A stretch of 64,000 nt of DNA. Origin: Chrysomallon squamiferum (taxonomy: Eukaryota; Animalia; Mollusca). A program made the position numbers and the translations under genes. Positions 50,966-64,000 of this stretch are shown here, piece by piece. The first letter of the stretch is position 1, and the number at the start of each line of letters is the position of its first letter. The stretch lies in the NCBI GenBank assembly GCA_012295275.1, contig CM022673.1, forward strand, positions 26,908,001 to 26,972,000. Direction: 5' to 3'. The notes under the pieces are model-generated. The model saw nothing but the letters and a program-made list of their open reading frames with translations, searched no databases and was not told where the DNA came from.

Positions 50966-51243
50966 CATAGGTTTTTCAACCTGGGGGTTGCCAGCCTTTT
51001 TCTCTGGGGGTCGCGAGATCGTTCTTGAGCGAGGGTATGTTTTAGCTTTTTTTCAACTTGACTTGGAAGGAGGAATAAATAAAAACGCGTCATAGTGAAT
51101 ATAGATTCCCTTTTGTACTGTCTTTGGTTGATGAAAATATGGTAACCCTAGATATTATTGAATCAAAAACTTTTTAAAGGGGTCATTGTTCATACTGAGT
51201 TGCTTATAAGGGGTTGCGATATGGACAAGTTTGAAAAGCAGTG
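50966..51243. mobile_element. hAT (Charlie-like) MITE, ~278 bp
   Basis: Imperfect TIRs CATAGGTTTTTCAACC / AGTTTGAAAAGCAGTG, subterminal GGGGTCGCG/GGGGTTGCG motifs, flanking direct repeat CTCTAAT at 50959-50965 and 51244-51250. Confidence 0.7.
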
Positions 51244-51838
51244 CTCTAATATAATGAAAATGCAGTTCGTGGATAACAATTCAAAATAAAAATAAAACTA
51301 TTAGATATAAATTAAAACTAATAAATGTACAACAATACGCAGATACAAAATAAACTTATTGAAATGTACAACAATTCGCAGACATAAAATAAACGTACTG
51401 AAATGTACAACGACTCTTTTTTTTACAGACTGATGGAAGCGATTTAAACTCAACAAGACTTGACAGTAAGTAGGTAACCTGGCTGACATTGCTATGTAAC
51501 AAGTAGAGTATCTACATTAAAACTTTGATAACAGACACCGGACGAACAACACTGGTACGGATACCAGCTGGTTAAAAGTTCACTGGATAAGCGAGTTTGT
51601 AAGATTAATTCATTCCATTAAATCAGATAATAATTTAGTTTGTTTAGTTTTGCTCTGACATTCGTGTAGTCATTCCTGAGAAGTCTATCTGTGAATATTT
51701 CGTTTTATGATTTATTAAATTATGCGTGCGTGTGAGTTCGCGCGTGCATCAAACAATGTTTTATGTAGGGGTATGTTTTTGTATGTGTAATGAATGGATA
51801 TATGCATGCATGTGTGTTGATGTGTATATATGTTAGTG

Positions 51839-51871
<33 letters not shown>

Positions 51872-52789
51872 CGTGTTTGTGTGGGTGTATGTGTATATGT
51901 GTGTGGGTGTATGGGGGGTGTCGGGGGTGAGATTAGATTAACACTAATTATTCGTCTGGATTATTAGATATATGTAACAGCTAAAAATACTTTCAAGGGA
52001 ATCACCGTTCTTTATTTCGCAATACTTATTTCCAGTAAGTCTATATTTAGACATTACATTGGTTTTTCTCTTTCTATTTTTATAAACGATGATTAATATA
52101 GCCACCGCTTATCGAACCGTTTGCGCAGACCATAAAGATATCGACTTTCATGCGTTTTTTTTTTTTTCTTCGAAAAAACCCCAACAACTTAGCATACTGG
52201 AACGCGTCACCATGTGTAATATTATATATTTCATTAACGTAGCCTTATATGGAATGAGGCGATATCCCTGCACGCGCGACCCGCTCGTGCCTGACCTCGT
52301 TTTGAAATTAAACAGGACAAAGCAAGCGTCTTTGCATTAAAGAGGGGTCCACGAGCCTCGTAACAAAACCTGCCGAATAAAGGACATGTTCTCAAAACAT
52401 GCACGAATAAAGACCCCATAGACTGCAGTATGAAAAGAGGTCAAGGACAGCGATGATGAAATCGTTTCCTTTCGAAGGATAACGTGACGTAATTCGGGGT
52501 GATTTTGAAGCAAGCGCTGTTTCAGAGAAAACAATAGAAGAAAAACGACGTCATTGTGTTTTGATGTAGTTAAATCGGATATTTTGACAAAGGTCTGCTG
52601 TTTCTTTACCTCGGCTAGACAGGTCATCGTTAGCGAGAGATTTCGTTAAACCGCTAAAACTCGACGTCAGCAGATTTTCAGTTTCGTAGATTATCAAATG
52701 ACTTACCGGTAGTAACGCAATACTTTTCAAGTGTATGCTGTTCCTATATAAAACATCTGTTACCTTTAATATGTAAAATATCTGCCATA

Positions 52790-52885
52790 GGTAATGTACA
52801 AAATACCTGTCACAGGTAATATACAAAATACCTGTCACAGGTAATATACAAAATACCTGTCACAGGTTATGTACAAAATAACTGT
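52790..52885. repeat. 25-bp minisatellite (AAAATACCTGTCACAGGTAATATAC) x ~3
   Basis: Tandem copies, each containing the near-palindrome ACCTGTCACAGGT. Confidence 0.85.
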
Positions 52886-53087
52886 TACATGTAACATATG
52901 TAATATTAGTAACAATGTGTGTCTGTATGTTTGTGGGTGTGTATATATATATGTGTGTGTGTGTGTTAGTGCATATGTGTGTGTGTGTGTGTGTGTGTGT
53001 GACATAGTTTGTAAGTGAATCATTTGTTATTCAACGAATACTGAATTTCCAAATAATTGCATTTGTTCAACAAAATTATTTTCTTGC

Positions 53088-53122
<35 letters not shown>

Positions 53123-53148
53123 CGTATGTAACTAACTAACTAACTAAC

Positions 53149-53179
<31 letters not shown>

Positions 53180-53808
53180 ATGAAGAAGAAGAAGAAGAAG
53201 AAGAAGAAAGAAGAATGATGATGATGATGACGATGATGATGAATACTCACGAAGAAACAAACATTACTAACCAACACCCTAATTTTTTACAATTACTTTA
53301 CCATGGCCATTCTCCGCCCCCCCCCTAAACAAACCAGTTTCACTATTATATATTTTTATCATGACGTTGTTTAAAATTATTTGGTATATATATTAAAAAA
53401 AAGGGGGAGGTCATTCATTAACTCGAATTAATAAATAAAACGGAGAAGAAAATATCGAGGAAAGAGAAAGTACTGAAATAGTTCAATCAATCACTCTGCA
53501 GGCAACATTCAAACACAAGCGACCTCATGTCAGACGTCGTTGTAACATTTTGGCAGCTGCCGCTTAATTATCTGTCGGTCACCCTTCAGTGAATCCTCCT
53601 TTATTCTGCAGTTATTGTAATGAAAAATATGCCGCAGGGACCCACAAGCTTTCAAAAAGCACACACACACACACACAAAAAATGTAATCAACTAAAAATG
53701 TATATGAAAATGAATTCATGCAAAGAGTATAATGATTGTATACACTTCATGTGAAGCTAATGAATAGAATGAATATTAAATAAATAAGTAAAGAAATAGG
53801 TAGATAAA

Positions 53809-53854
<46 letters not shown>

Positions 53855-54295
53855 AATAAGGAAACAAATAATAACAAAAATTAGATAATAATAATAACAA
53901 CAACAACAACAACAACAATAATAATAATAATAATAATACAACTATAATAACAATAAAAATAACAACAACATCAATAATAATAATGACACTCGCCATTTTT
54001 GCATAATTCTATTTTTAACCATAGGAAACCAAACAAAATGATATTTTTGTTTTTCTTATTCCATGAATCATACATGTAAACATCAAGTGTTATTTCTAAT
54101 GATAATAATAATCTGGTGTGATTGTGGATTTCAGTGGATACAGTTCATTTTTGTTTTTGAGACACACAACAAACAAAATCTCTGTTGATAGACTTTATTC
54201 AGTAAGTATCTGTTTATTCAATAAACTGGAAGTCAGTGACGTCATTTATATTAATTATTAGTAATACAGTCGTTAGATCATGTCAGAACATATAA

Positions 54296-54331
<36 letters not shown>

Positions 54332-56829
54332 TTAACTAAACATACATAGATATAAATACCCATACGTACGTACATATACATCATACATACATACATATAC
54401 CCATACATACAAACATACATATACACATACACACATACATATATACGTACATACATACACACACACATACATACATACATACATACATACACACACACAT
54501 ATATCAATGAACACGTTGTTGTTTTGAATTAGTCCAGTACTTCGGGAAAGGTTGATCAAATACTGCCACTAATTATTATTAACACTTGTTTGTCGGCTAA
54601 CGTCAGCGACAGCGTTGTTATTACATTGCTATTCCCTGGACGTTCGCGTCGTGATCAATGACTTTGTTTCATGTTTGACGCCAATGTTGCTACGTCAGCG
54701 ACGTAATGAACTGAGAGCCGATGTTATTTTGTCTCGTTAGTTTGAACAGTTAGCCTGTTAATTGAGGATAACATGGAGTGTTGCTTTTTGTTGAAAAAGA
54801 GCAATACTGGGTTGTTGTTTTTTTCTTCTAAAAGAGCAGTTCTGATGACTAATACAACGACATCAAACTCTTCAAACATGAGTTAACACTTCATTTTTTT
54901 TCATATTTCCTGATTTAGTTGGCTGACTTGAGATGCTTTAGGCATGTCTGTTTTTTCTGTTAATATATAAATATAAATATAAATGTCTAATACTATGTTT
55001 AGTTATTTTTAATTTTTTATATTTCATCTGAATCGTTTGTCTGTCTGTCTGTCTCTCTGTATGTATAGCTATCTATCTGTCTATCTACATGTGTATGTGT
55101 ATGTATGTATGTGTATGTACGTATGTTTATATATGTATGTATGTATGTATGTATGTTTCTGTGTATCTCTGTCTATATACATTTTTGTACAGTCTCTCTC
55201 TCTATCTCTCTCCATAATATTTCCTTATAATATATATGTATATATGTATATATGCATGTATTATCTTTCCCCAGGAAACTTCGGAATGGAATACCATGGA
55301 TGTTCAACATTTGATATCTCTGAAACGACACCAGAAAAAATTCAAAAACCAACGATAAATCTACCATTAAAATCTATGCTATTACCATTACTATTATTTC
55401 TATCATTACCATCATCATTATCTCATCAATATTTTATACTCAACATTACCACTTGCACTCACTTGCACAGGTCAGGTCGCATTCATAAATTACAGCATTG
55501 TAATAAATCACGGAAATGCATTTATAAGCAAAAAAGAGATTATTATCGTATTAGTGAATAACAGTTCTGTGATTAGTAAATATAGGAAGAAAGAGAAGAA
55601 AAAAAAAAAAATAGAAGATAAATATAATTATCATAATTACGAGATAACCTATTTACTTCAATCTGCAGACAGGTTATACGAATGTATATCATAAATCTAA
55701 CGCCAGTCAGATAAAAAAAAAAAAAAAAAAAAAAAAAAATTTAAAAAAATTAATTAAATATTCAGAATAATTGTTATTGTTAAGCAGTATGTCACATTGT
55801 CTTTGGTGTCAGAAATAGGTTAAGATGCTGTTTGACTTACACACACTGTCTGTCTGTCCTCAACATAGCAAAATGAACGTTTGAACTTTGTTTTCAAGTG
55901 CACGCGGAGTTTGTGGACATTCGGTTAACACGTGCTCAAGGCTGGAACTTGTTAATGTTATGTATGTCAACGAATGACACTTAATGACGTTTCAACAACA
56001 ATTTATAAAAAAAAAAAAACAAAAAAAAAAACATTATTATTAATTATCAGATATAAAAAAATTTAGTTTCTTGATCATTTGAGAAATTAAACCACCGTAA
56101 TGTTTAGAACGGGAAATATCCAAGTAGGGTCACTTACTTAGGATTGATCCATCAGCCAGTCACACCTGGACAAATATTCTAACCGCTATTCGCATACACG
56201 ACGTTGTTGTTAGTTGCTGTTGTCGTTGTTGACGATGATGATTATGTAACTACTGATACTTTGGCTCATAAAGAATTTTCGTTTTAAATATTTATAACGT
56301 AATGCTATTTCAGTAATTATTATCATCATCATCATCATCATTTTTTTTTATTTATTTATTTATTTATTTTTATTTATTGCTTTTGTCTCTGTTTCTTTCA
56401 CAATTGTATACGTGAAACTGCAGGGCGTAATTAAATAATAAATAAAACACAATAAAATACGTCACAACAAACCTCATCGAGGGAGTGTAATGAAATATGT
56501 TCGTGTGTGAAAGTTTTATTGGGCTGTAAGTATTAACAGCCGCGGGTGAAATGTCGACAAGTTATGACAGGTTTACTCTGCAGTGTTACGTACGGCAATA
56601 ATGAAATTCTTAAAACGCAATAAAAACCGTCTACACCTCCATCTATTTAAAACAATTAGAAAATCTGTCACAAGCGCTTGTTAGCGAGTTAACAACGTCG
56701 AATTGTGTTCTGTTGATAGCGCGATGTGGAAACAAAATACAATAAAATAGAATAGAATAAAATAAAATATTGAATTAATAAATAGTGATAATATTTACAA
56801 CAATAACAACAACAATGACAGTAATGATG

Positions 56830-56863
<34 letters not shown>

Positions 56864-56869
56864 TAATAA

Positions 56870-56900
<31 letters not shown>

Positions 56901-58745
56901 AAGAAGAAGAAGAAGAAGAAAAAGAACAAATAAATAAATAAATAAATAAATTTGTGTTCACTTTCCTTTTCTTTTTACCAGTGTATATGTGTATGTGTGC
57001 GTGTACGTGTGTGTGCGGTCGTGCGTGCGTGCGTGCATGTGTGTGTGCGGTCGTGCGTGCATGTGTGTGCATGTGTGCGAGTGCGTCTTATAGTATATGT
57101 ATATATATATAATGTATGTATGTGTATGCGTGTTGGGTGTGGGGTTTTTTGTTGTTCTTTTCACCTTTTTTTTTTTATTATAAAATTTAGTGTTTGTGCT
57201 TTACAACTGACTCTATTTTATAAACTTCCTAGTTTTATTTCATGGTCGTTGACACATGTTAACTAATACTAAAAACACGAACAACTCAATTTTAACCCCA
57301 GTTTGTTGAATTACTGCGACTTCTATACCTTCATGTCAACTTACATTGTTTGTGTTTGCCTAGACTATAATTACAGCTAAATTCGATCTATGTAATGACG
57401 TCATAAAAGATGCAATAGGAAAAATAAAATGACCTATATTTTGTTTTTTGAAATTTCATTAACGTTATTTATTTTTAACTCTTTTAATTTATTATTATGA
57501 AAGATTAGTTGCTACTAAAATAAAATAAATAAAATAATAAGAATTACGTGAAAGTAAACATAATACAGTTAAGCCAACTGTTTGTATGACGAAAGATAAG
57601 CGCATTCTTTAAAAAGTGATTATTTTTATTACGCGGTCCACCAGAACAAGTCAAACGGGTGTCAGGTTCTGTCGGAACACAAGAACGCCGTCTTCTGTCA
57701 GCACAAGGTGATAATCACTCAGAGAGGTGACTTTGCTGTCCTTTCAGGTCATCGGGCGTCCTGTAGGTAAAACAATATGTATCGGCTGCCGCTAACAATA
57801 GTGTTTTCGTCCGGTTGACTAAAGTGAAATGTAAATATCTCTATTTATAGCAGTGAACATGAGTGGATGAACAAAAAACCATAATATCTTCTTTTGATAC
57901 CAGCTCGAGTGTTTTCGTCCGGTTCGTTGCTGTTAACCGCGATTATACGACTTTAAATATAACACTTAGACTAAACAGTGTTGAAGCAGAGAATCGGGGA
58001 AGGGAAAGATAGAGAAAACAAGAGTGGATGAATGATAGAAAAAGATAGATAGGTAAATAGACGTAGATAGAGAGAGAGAGAGGATTTTATACAAGACTTA
58101 ATTACGAACATGCAAATAAGCCAAATCCTCTAGTAATTAAAGATACAAAAACGTTCACAACGAAAACAACTTGTAGGACTTTGGAATTACACAGACGATC
58201 TCTCGTGTTTCAATCTCGGCTTGTCGACATTATTATACATACAATCGCGACAGAATACTGCAGTTTGTAAAAAAAAATAAAACAAACAACAAACAACCAA
58301 CACTATGGAGGTTGCAATGGATGCTAGCGCAAGGGATGCTGGGACGGGCACCATCTTTGATAAATTATTAATGGGCTGACCATGGGTGACGGGGGAGGTC
58401 ATCAGCTAATTGCACGTCGAAAGAGTGACAAATATTAAATAGACTCGTGACTGGGAAAAAACTACCTCAGACGAAGGGCATGTTTGGTCATAATGAGTAC
58501 GGCGCGCTTTGTAAGTGGAAAACGTGTTTGTCTACGTGATGCGGAATAGCTTGAGAGCGCAAATTATACTGCATAATTATAGAAGAACAAATAAAACAAA
58601 ATTATCAAATGGGGACCATGGGGAAGAAGAGCATCCCTTAGTTTTTGCCTTGCTGATATATTTTATTTCATTTTATTTATTTATTTATTTATTTATTTAT
58701 TATTTGTTGATGTTGTTTTATAATAATACTTATTTCATTTTGAGA

Positions 58746-58777
<32 letters not shown>

Positions 58778-59265
58778 TGGTACAAAATCGAATTTACAAA
58801 ATAACAATACATACATATAATAAAATCTTGCAGCTTTATGTCTTCATTTTTTTTTTTTTTTTTTTTTTTTCCAGTCTAATATTATTTACTCTATAGCGTT
58901 AACTCATTTCATTTTTTAAATACTAATCCTACACCTTTTCCTATTGCGGTCATGCCTGTTCCACATTTGCATATAAAACAAACAATTCAAAAAACGGAAA
59001 CGCATGTTAGTTTCTTGAGTGAGGCATTCCGTTATATCTCAAGTTTACTAGATTCTAAACAAAAATAAGCCAGCTTATTTGTGTCTATCATCGCATGCAG
59101 ATATAATTATATAAAGGAACACGACACGAAGTGGATATTGATTATATTTAATGAAATTCTCTTAAGAAAACTGGAAACACACAATAAACCTATCCATCAC
59201 TAACATAATAAAAACATCGTCAGATTATTTAGAAATCATAACATAAAATCAAATGAGTTATCTGT

Positions 59266-59314
<49 letters not shown>

Positions 59315-61587
59315 CATACATTGTTTAAAGTTACTTCTTTAGTTTTTAATTGCTGGTTTAGTTCTCAAAAGACAGTTTCTTAAACGGTTTTCATTTACAA
59401 AACTAACAAATAAGTTATTGTTATTTAAGAACTATGCATAGTATTTGAATCTATTATTCTCGAAAGCGGTGAGATGAGATATAAAACAGTTAATTTAAGA
59501 TTTTTTAAAAAAAAAAATAAAAAAAAAAAAAAGATTACTGCTCGACAGAGCCTCGCTGCATTTCAGTATTCTAACCTTCGCCTGATAAATTGTTCCCTAT
59601 ATATATATTTAAACATGCTGAGATGTAATAAATGCAAATAATAATCATACTACTACTACATACTACTACTACTACATCTACTACTACTAGTATTATACTA
59701 CTACTATTAATAATAATAATAAATTCATTCCCAGTGTTAAAATATCGGGACGTGGTATACGTAATGTTTTAATCTAACTCGGAATTCTTCCACAGCACCG
59801 GTAGCATTAACAACAATGACAATCCATTATACATACAGTCCGAGCAGAATTAGAACACCCGCGTTACGTCAGCGACGATGTAATATTTATCAACAATGCG
59901 GGCAATGCAGCACTTGGTCCTGCAGAACTAAATTCAGTTAGGTAATTACTCGCTTCAGTTAATTTGACGGTCACGTGATTCAGCAAGCCTACAGTGATGA
60001 AAGCGAACTCCATACATACTTAGATATTTTACATTACAGAGTTAAGCTTTGACTACTATTACTATTTTTTAAATTATAAACTCCACAGTTAGATATTTAA
60101 CAAAAGTTATAGAATTAAGCTGTATGTTTGTGACTACTATAATCACTTTTTTGAAAATTTATCATCGTCATCATTGTCGTTATCTCAATCATAGTCAATG
60201 TCTTGGTCATTATTACTGTTATAATCACCATCATCGACTCGTCATTATCATTTATCATCATCATCATCATATTATTATTATTATTATTATTTCAGTGATT
60301 GTTTTTCTCTCATAATCGTCTCATCATTTTGTTCAACATTATTATTACTAATACAAATATATTATTATTATCATGATTTACCATCATCATAAATCAGTAT
60401 GAAGTTGAAATGTGTGTGTCTGTGTCTGTGTTCTGTGTGTGTATGTGTGTGTGTATGTGTGTGCGTGTGTGTGCGTGTGTGCGCTGTGATTACCGCTTAA
60501 GCGACTTTGAAAATTATTTGAGGAAAAATCATTTATTTAGTTATTGTCCTGTCAGAAATTCATTGCATCTAGGCACATCGTGAGGGTAATTTTCTATTCT
60601 ATTCTGACTATACACTGGTATAAATGGCTTCATGTCTACAGAAAGACGAATATGTGTAAGATTCTTGTCTCTGAAGATAAAGATTCAACTGGTTTTTTCT
60701 CTGAATATAACACGAAAATTACGAAAATTTTCGACTGACATGAAAAAAAAAAAAACAGACGCTAGAAAATCTGATCAATATAATTCTCTCACGACATCGT
60801 TAATTTAGCCAAACGTTTGCTTCTGTTTTATTTTTTTTATTTTTTTTTTTTCAAAAACAGTTTACTTTGTAATTATTTATGAGTGCAGAATGCATTATGA
60901 AGTGCAGAAGGGCATGGTTGTTTATAAATCAATAAAACGTGTTTGCGTTTTAGTCCAAAAAGCTCTGCTCATCATTGTGCAGAACTGGGAATTGCTGAAG
61001 GTCTTTACCGTGATGGCCAAGCTTTGGAGAATTTTCACACGCTGCCAAAGTGCTTACAACCCTCTAACGAATTCATAGAGCTTACGATGAGAGGAGGAAA
61101 GGCCAGCAAAACAGAAATAGTATCTTACTAACGAAATTCCCTGTGTCATATTTCCTGCATCGTATTCCCTGAAGAGAATGCATGAATAGTGTAATGGATA
61201 AAAGCAATAATATAAATCGAACGAGAGAGAATGATAGTTTAATTGAATCAGAAGTGCGTTAAAATATGACACGAACAAAATCTTGTGTTAGAGAAAGCGA
61301 TGGTTTCAGTCATACTTACTTTAAATCGTACTCACATAAATCGAACGATTTCTTATTAGAAAGTGATATTTTTGAATCAGAAATAAGTTAGAAAGAACGA
61401 TAGTTTTGAAGCAGAAATACATTTATAATATAACCGAAAAAAATAAATATATATATCATGCATTATAAAGAATAGTAGCTTAAATCAGAAATGCATTTAA
61501 AAATATAAATCGAATAAATTCATGCCTTACAAATGAATGATATAGTTTTAACTGCAAACAGTCAAACGTTAGAGTGCATTATAAAAA

Positions 61588-61688
61588 CTCGTGTTAGAAA
61601 TAATATTAGTGTGAATCACATGCACATGATATATTACAAATCTCGTGTTAGAAATAATATTAGTGTGAATCACATTCACATGATATAT
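61588..61688. repeat. ~54-bp tandem duplication
   Basis: CTCGTGTTAGAAATAATATTAGTGTGAATCACAT..ACATGATATATT twice. Confidence 0.85.
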
Positions 61689-62309
61689 TTTATGATCACT
61701 TGCAAATATATTTTATGATACGTCAGAAATATATATTACGTATCTGATTATATATATATATATAGATGTATGTGTGTGTGTGTGTGTGTGTGTGAGAGAG
61801 TGTGTTTGTGTGTGTGTGTGTAATTTATTTGTTTACTGATATTCACATGTCAACAAATTATTACAGCTGCTCAGTTTTTAAAAAACATAGATAAATAATA
61901 AGTGTGTGTCTGCGAACATTCTTACTGCGAATACCAGTGAGGGAAGGTTGTGTCGCCCTTCCTCGGTTCACCGCCTCCTAAGTCATCCAGAACCTTATAT
62001 AGAGAGGCCATTGTTAACAGAATCTAAATGCGCGAAATTCGGCTTAGAAATAATACTAGATTCAGCACATCTCCTTGAACTAAATGTCCGCTAGACAATA
62101 GCTTCGACAGTTCAGAGCAAAGTTCTTTAATATGCAACATCCTCCTTTACATGTGTAAACTGTTGTTTTTCTTTTAGTATCGATATTAGAAAAATTTTTT
62201 AATGCATTTGCATGTAAATAGTTTATATAAATTAACTTGTCGTCATGGATACATTCTAGATCTGTTTTAAGCGCATAGAAATAACAATAAACATATATAT
62301 TATTTATAG

Positions 62310-62374
<65 letters not shown>

Positions 62375-63249
62375 TCTGGTAAATTATGTTTTCAGTTTCC
62401 AATTACTGTTATGTTTATGTTAAGGAAAAGTCTCTATCCCAGTCCCATTGTACAGATTACAGATTCTAGAAAACCTTCAGTTACTGAGAACATTAATTTT
62501 TATTTTGCATCTTTTCATATACAGACAATTAAATACGTATCAAACGGGTTTTGGTTTAGAGGACTGTTTGTAACCGAGAAAAAGAAAAAAAAACCCCGCC
62601 AGTTTCCAAATTAAGTGCTTACTGGACGTAATTTAGTAATTTTCTATTTTAAGAACCAGCGTGTAACCTAATTGAAATTAGAATTAATTCCTTCGTCATT
62701 ATCACGCATTCGTACTGTTGACGACCGTCATCTCTTGTCCAAACAGTCTGACATCATCACTTAAGAGGCAAATTAAGACGTTTTCTCCATTGTTTCGCAG
62801 AAAGTACTTTCCATCTGCTGTTGTGTTGCCACTTACGATGTAGGCTAGCTAAGGAAGAAGAAACTAAATAATGAATAATCTTCCATCTGACTAAACGTAA
62901 TCGTTGTGTTTTCACGTGACAGTCGTCTGGCTTACCTAAACAGCGCAGTGGCTGAGTAATCTTTATCAACGGTTATATTATCGACGACACGGCTTATTAC
63001 AGTAATTAGTTTGTGATTGTCGCAGTGCATTCGTTTACGCTTGTCCACATCTGACTGTACAGGCTTGCAAAAAAAAAAAAAAACAAAAACTACGGAATAA
63101 AAGAGACATTTGCAGAAAAAAAAAAAAAAAGAAGGTTTAGAAGATATCTATAAATTGTGAATCATTCAGTCCCGTGTGGCAAAACAGAAAGTATTTCACG
63201 TTTAATACATCTGTGTGTTTAGTGTTCGTCGGAGGGTAGCATCAAAGTT

Positions 63250-63280
63250 AACCGCGCATGCTCTGGTGACGTCACGAGAC
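63250..63280 (+). promoter_or_regulatory. Promoter motifs: NRF1-like GCGCATGC and CRE TGACGTCA
   Basis: GCGCATGC at 63254-63261 and TGACGTCA at 63267-63274 in a CpG-rich patch about 55 nt before ATG 63328. Confidence 0.5.
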
Positions 63281-63327
63281 CAGGTAGCGGGACGCGTCTG
63301 TGGAGTTTGTGCTGGACTGAAAGTAAA

Positions 63328-63379
63328 ATGGAGGGATATATTGTAACGGCGATCGTCTGCACTTTGTGCATAGCTACAG
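63328..63379 (+). CDS. Probable first coding exon (signal peptide MEGYIVTAIVCTLCIAT-) of a secreted or membrane protein continuing beyond the window
   Basis: AAAATGG start context, hydrophobic 17-mer, strong phase-1 donor CAG|GTAAGA, CpG-rich promoter upstream. Confidence 0.6.
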
Positions 63380-64000
63380 GTAAGAAACGTCTTTTGTAGT
63401 TAATGATGAACGTACCAACGTATCTGCGTATCTTCCGATGTTTGATTTTACGTATTTTAACGAGACAATTTAGCACACCTGAAAGCCGGTTCGGACGGCG
63501 TGCTTTGAAAACGCGCCATGATTGTAGCATTCAGGTGTGCAAAATGTGTCACCAAAAGGTAAACCGGTAAAAGAAGACTTCAGCGACTGCCTTAATTTTA
63601 AGATTGTTGTTATTTCAAATAAATTATTATTATTATTAATAATGTTTTTGCATTTGCGCCAGAAAAAAAAAAAAAAATAATATTTAAATATTACATGGTA
63701 CAAATACCGAAAAACTAAAAGGCGTTAAGCTTGCAACCTGTGTGTAAATACAAAACCTGATGTATGCGTATTTATCATCTGCACATGAAATATTCTAATT
63801 TCAGTAGGTTCTTACAAAGAGTGTGCATTTAAAAAAAGTAATAATAATAAATTCAAATGCTCAGATTCGTTTTAACTATGAGTCAGGGCGGTATGACTGG
63901 ATATCAATTTGATTTGAACAAAAAAATTGTGAACCGATGTTGCTGACTCATCATCTCGTAATAAACGAAACGTTTTAATGATCATTAAAAAAATATATAT

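Noticed and set aside
60890-61131. Two overlapping 62-aa ORFs of moderate complexity
   Set aside because: No recognisable domain and no partner exons; cannot be supported without transcript data.

Overview
AT-rich, microsatellite-laden eukaryotic (metazoan, probably molluscan) genomic DNA with spliceosomal introns; nearly all long ORFs in the supplied track are microsatellite artefacts. Manually reconstructed genes: (1) 0.9-8.2 kb: a cluster of four paralogous micro-genes (+,-,-,+) absent from the ORF track. Each has a TATA box, a 34-nt first coding exon, a phase-1 intron, a 22-aa signal peptide and a tiny poly-cysteine/lysine mature peptide (CCCCKCCKCCCCDKK; CCCCKCCCKCCCKCCCKCCKCCDKK; CCCHRDKKK; CCCCHRDKKK). 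This is the most novel-looking system here. (2) 11.4-19.7 kb: a tandem pair of cytochrome c genes with duplicated promoters; copy 2 is divergent and has a 1-nt deletion. (3) 29.7-36.2 kb: a five-exon gene for a secreted ~556-aa protein with a Cys-rich N-half and a legumain/C13-like domain lacking the catalytic His/Cys, with a GC-AG intron and a 1-nt frameshift. (4) 63.3 kb: a probable signal-peptide first exon of a gene running out of the window. The rest is simple repeats, minisatellites, MITE/SINE remnants and CpG-richer putative regulatory patches.
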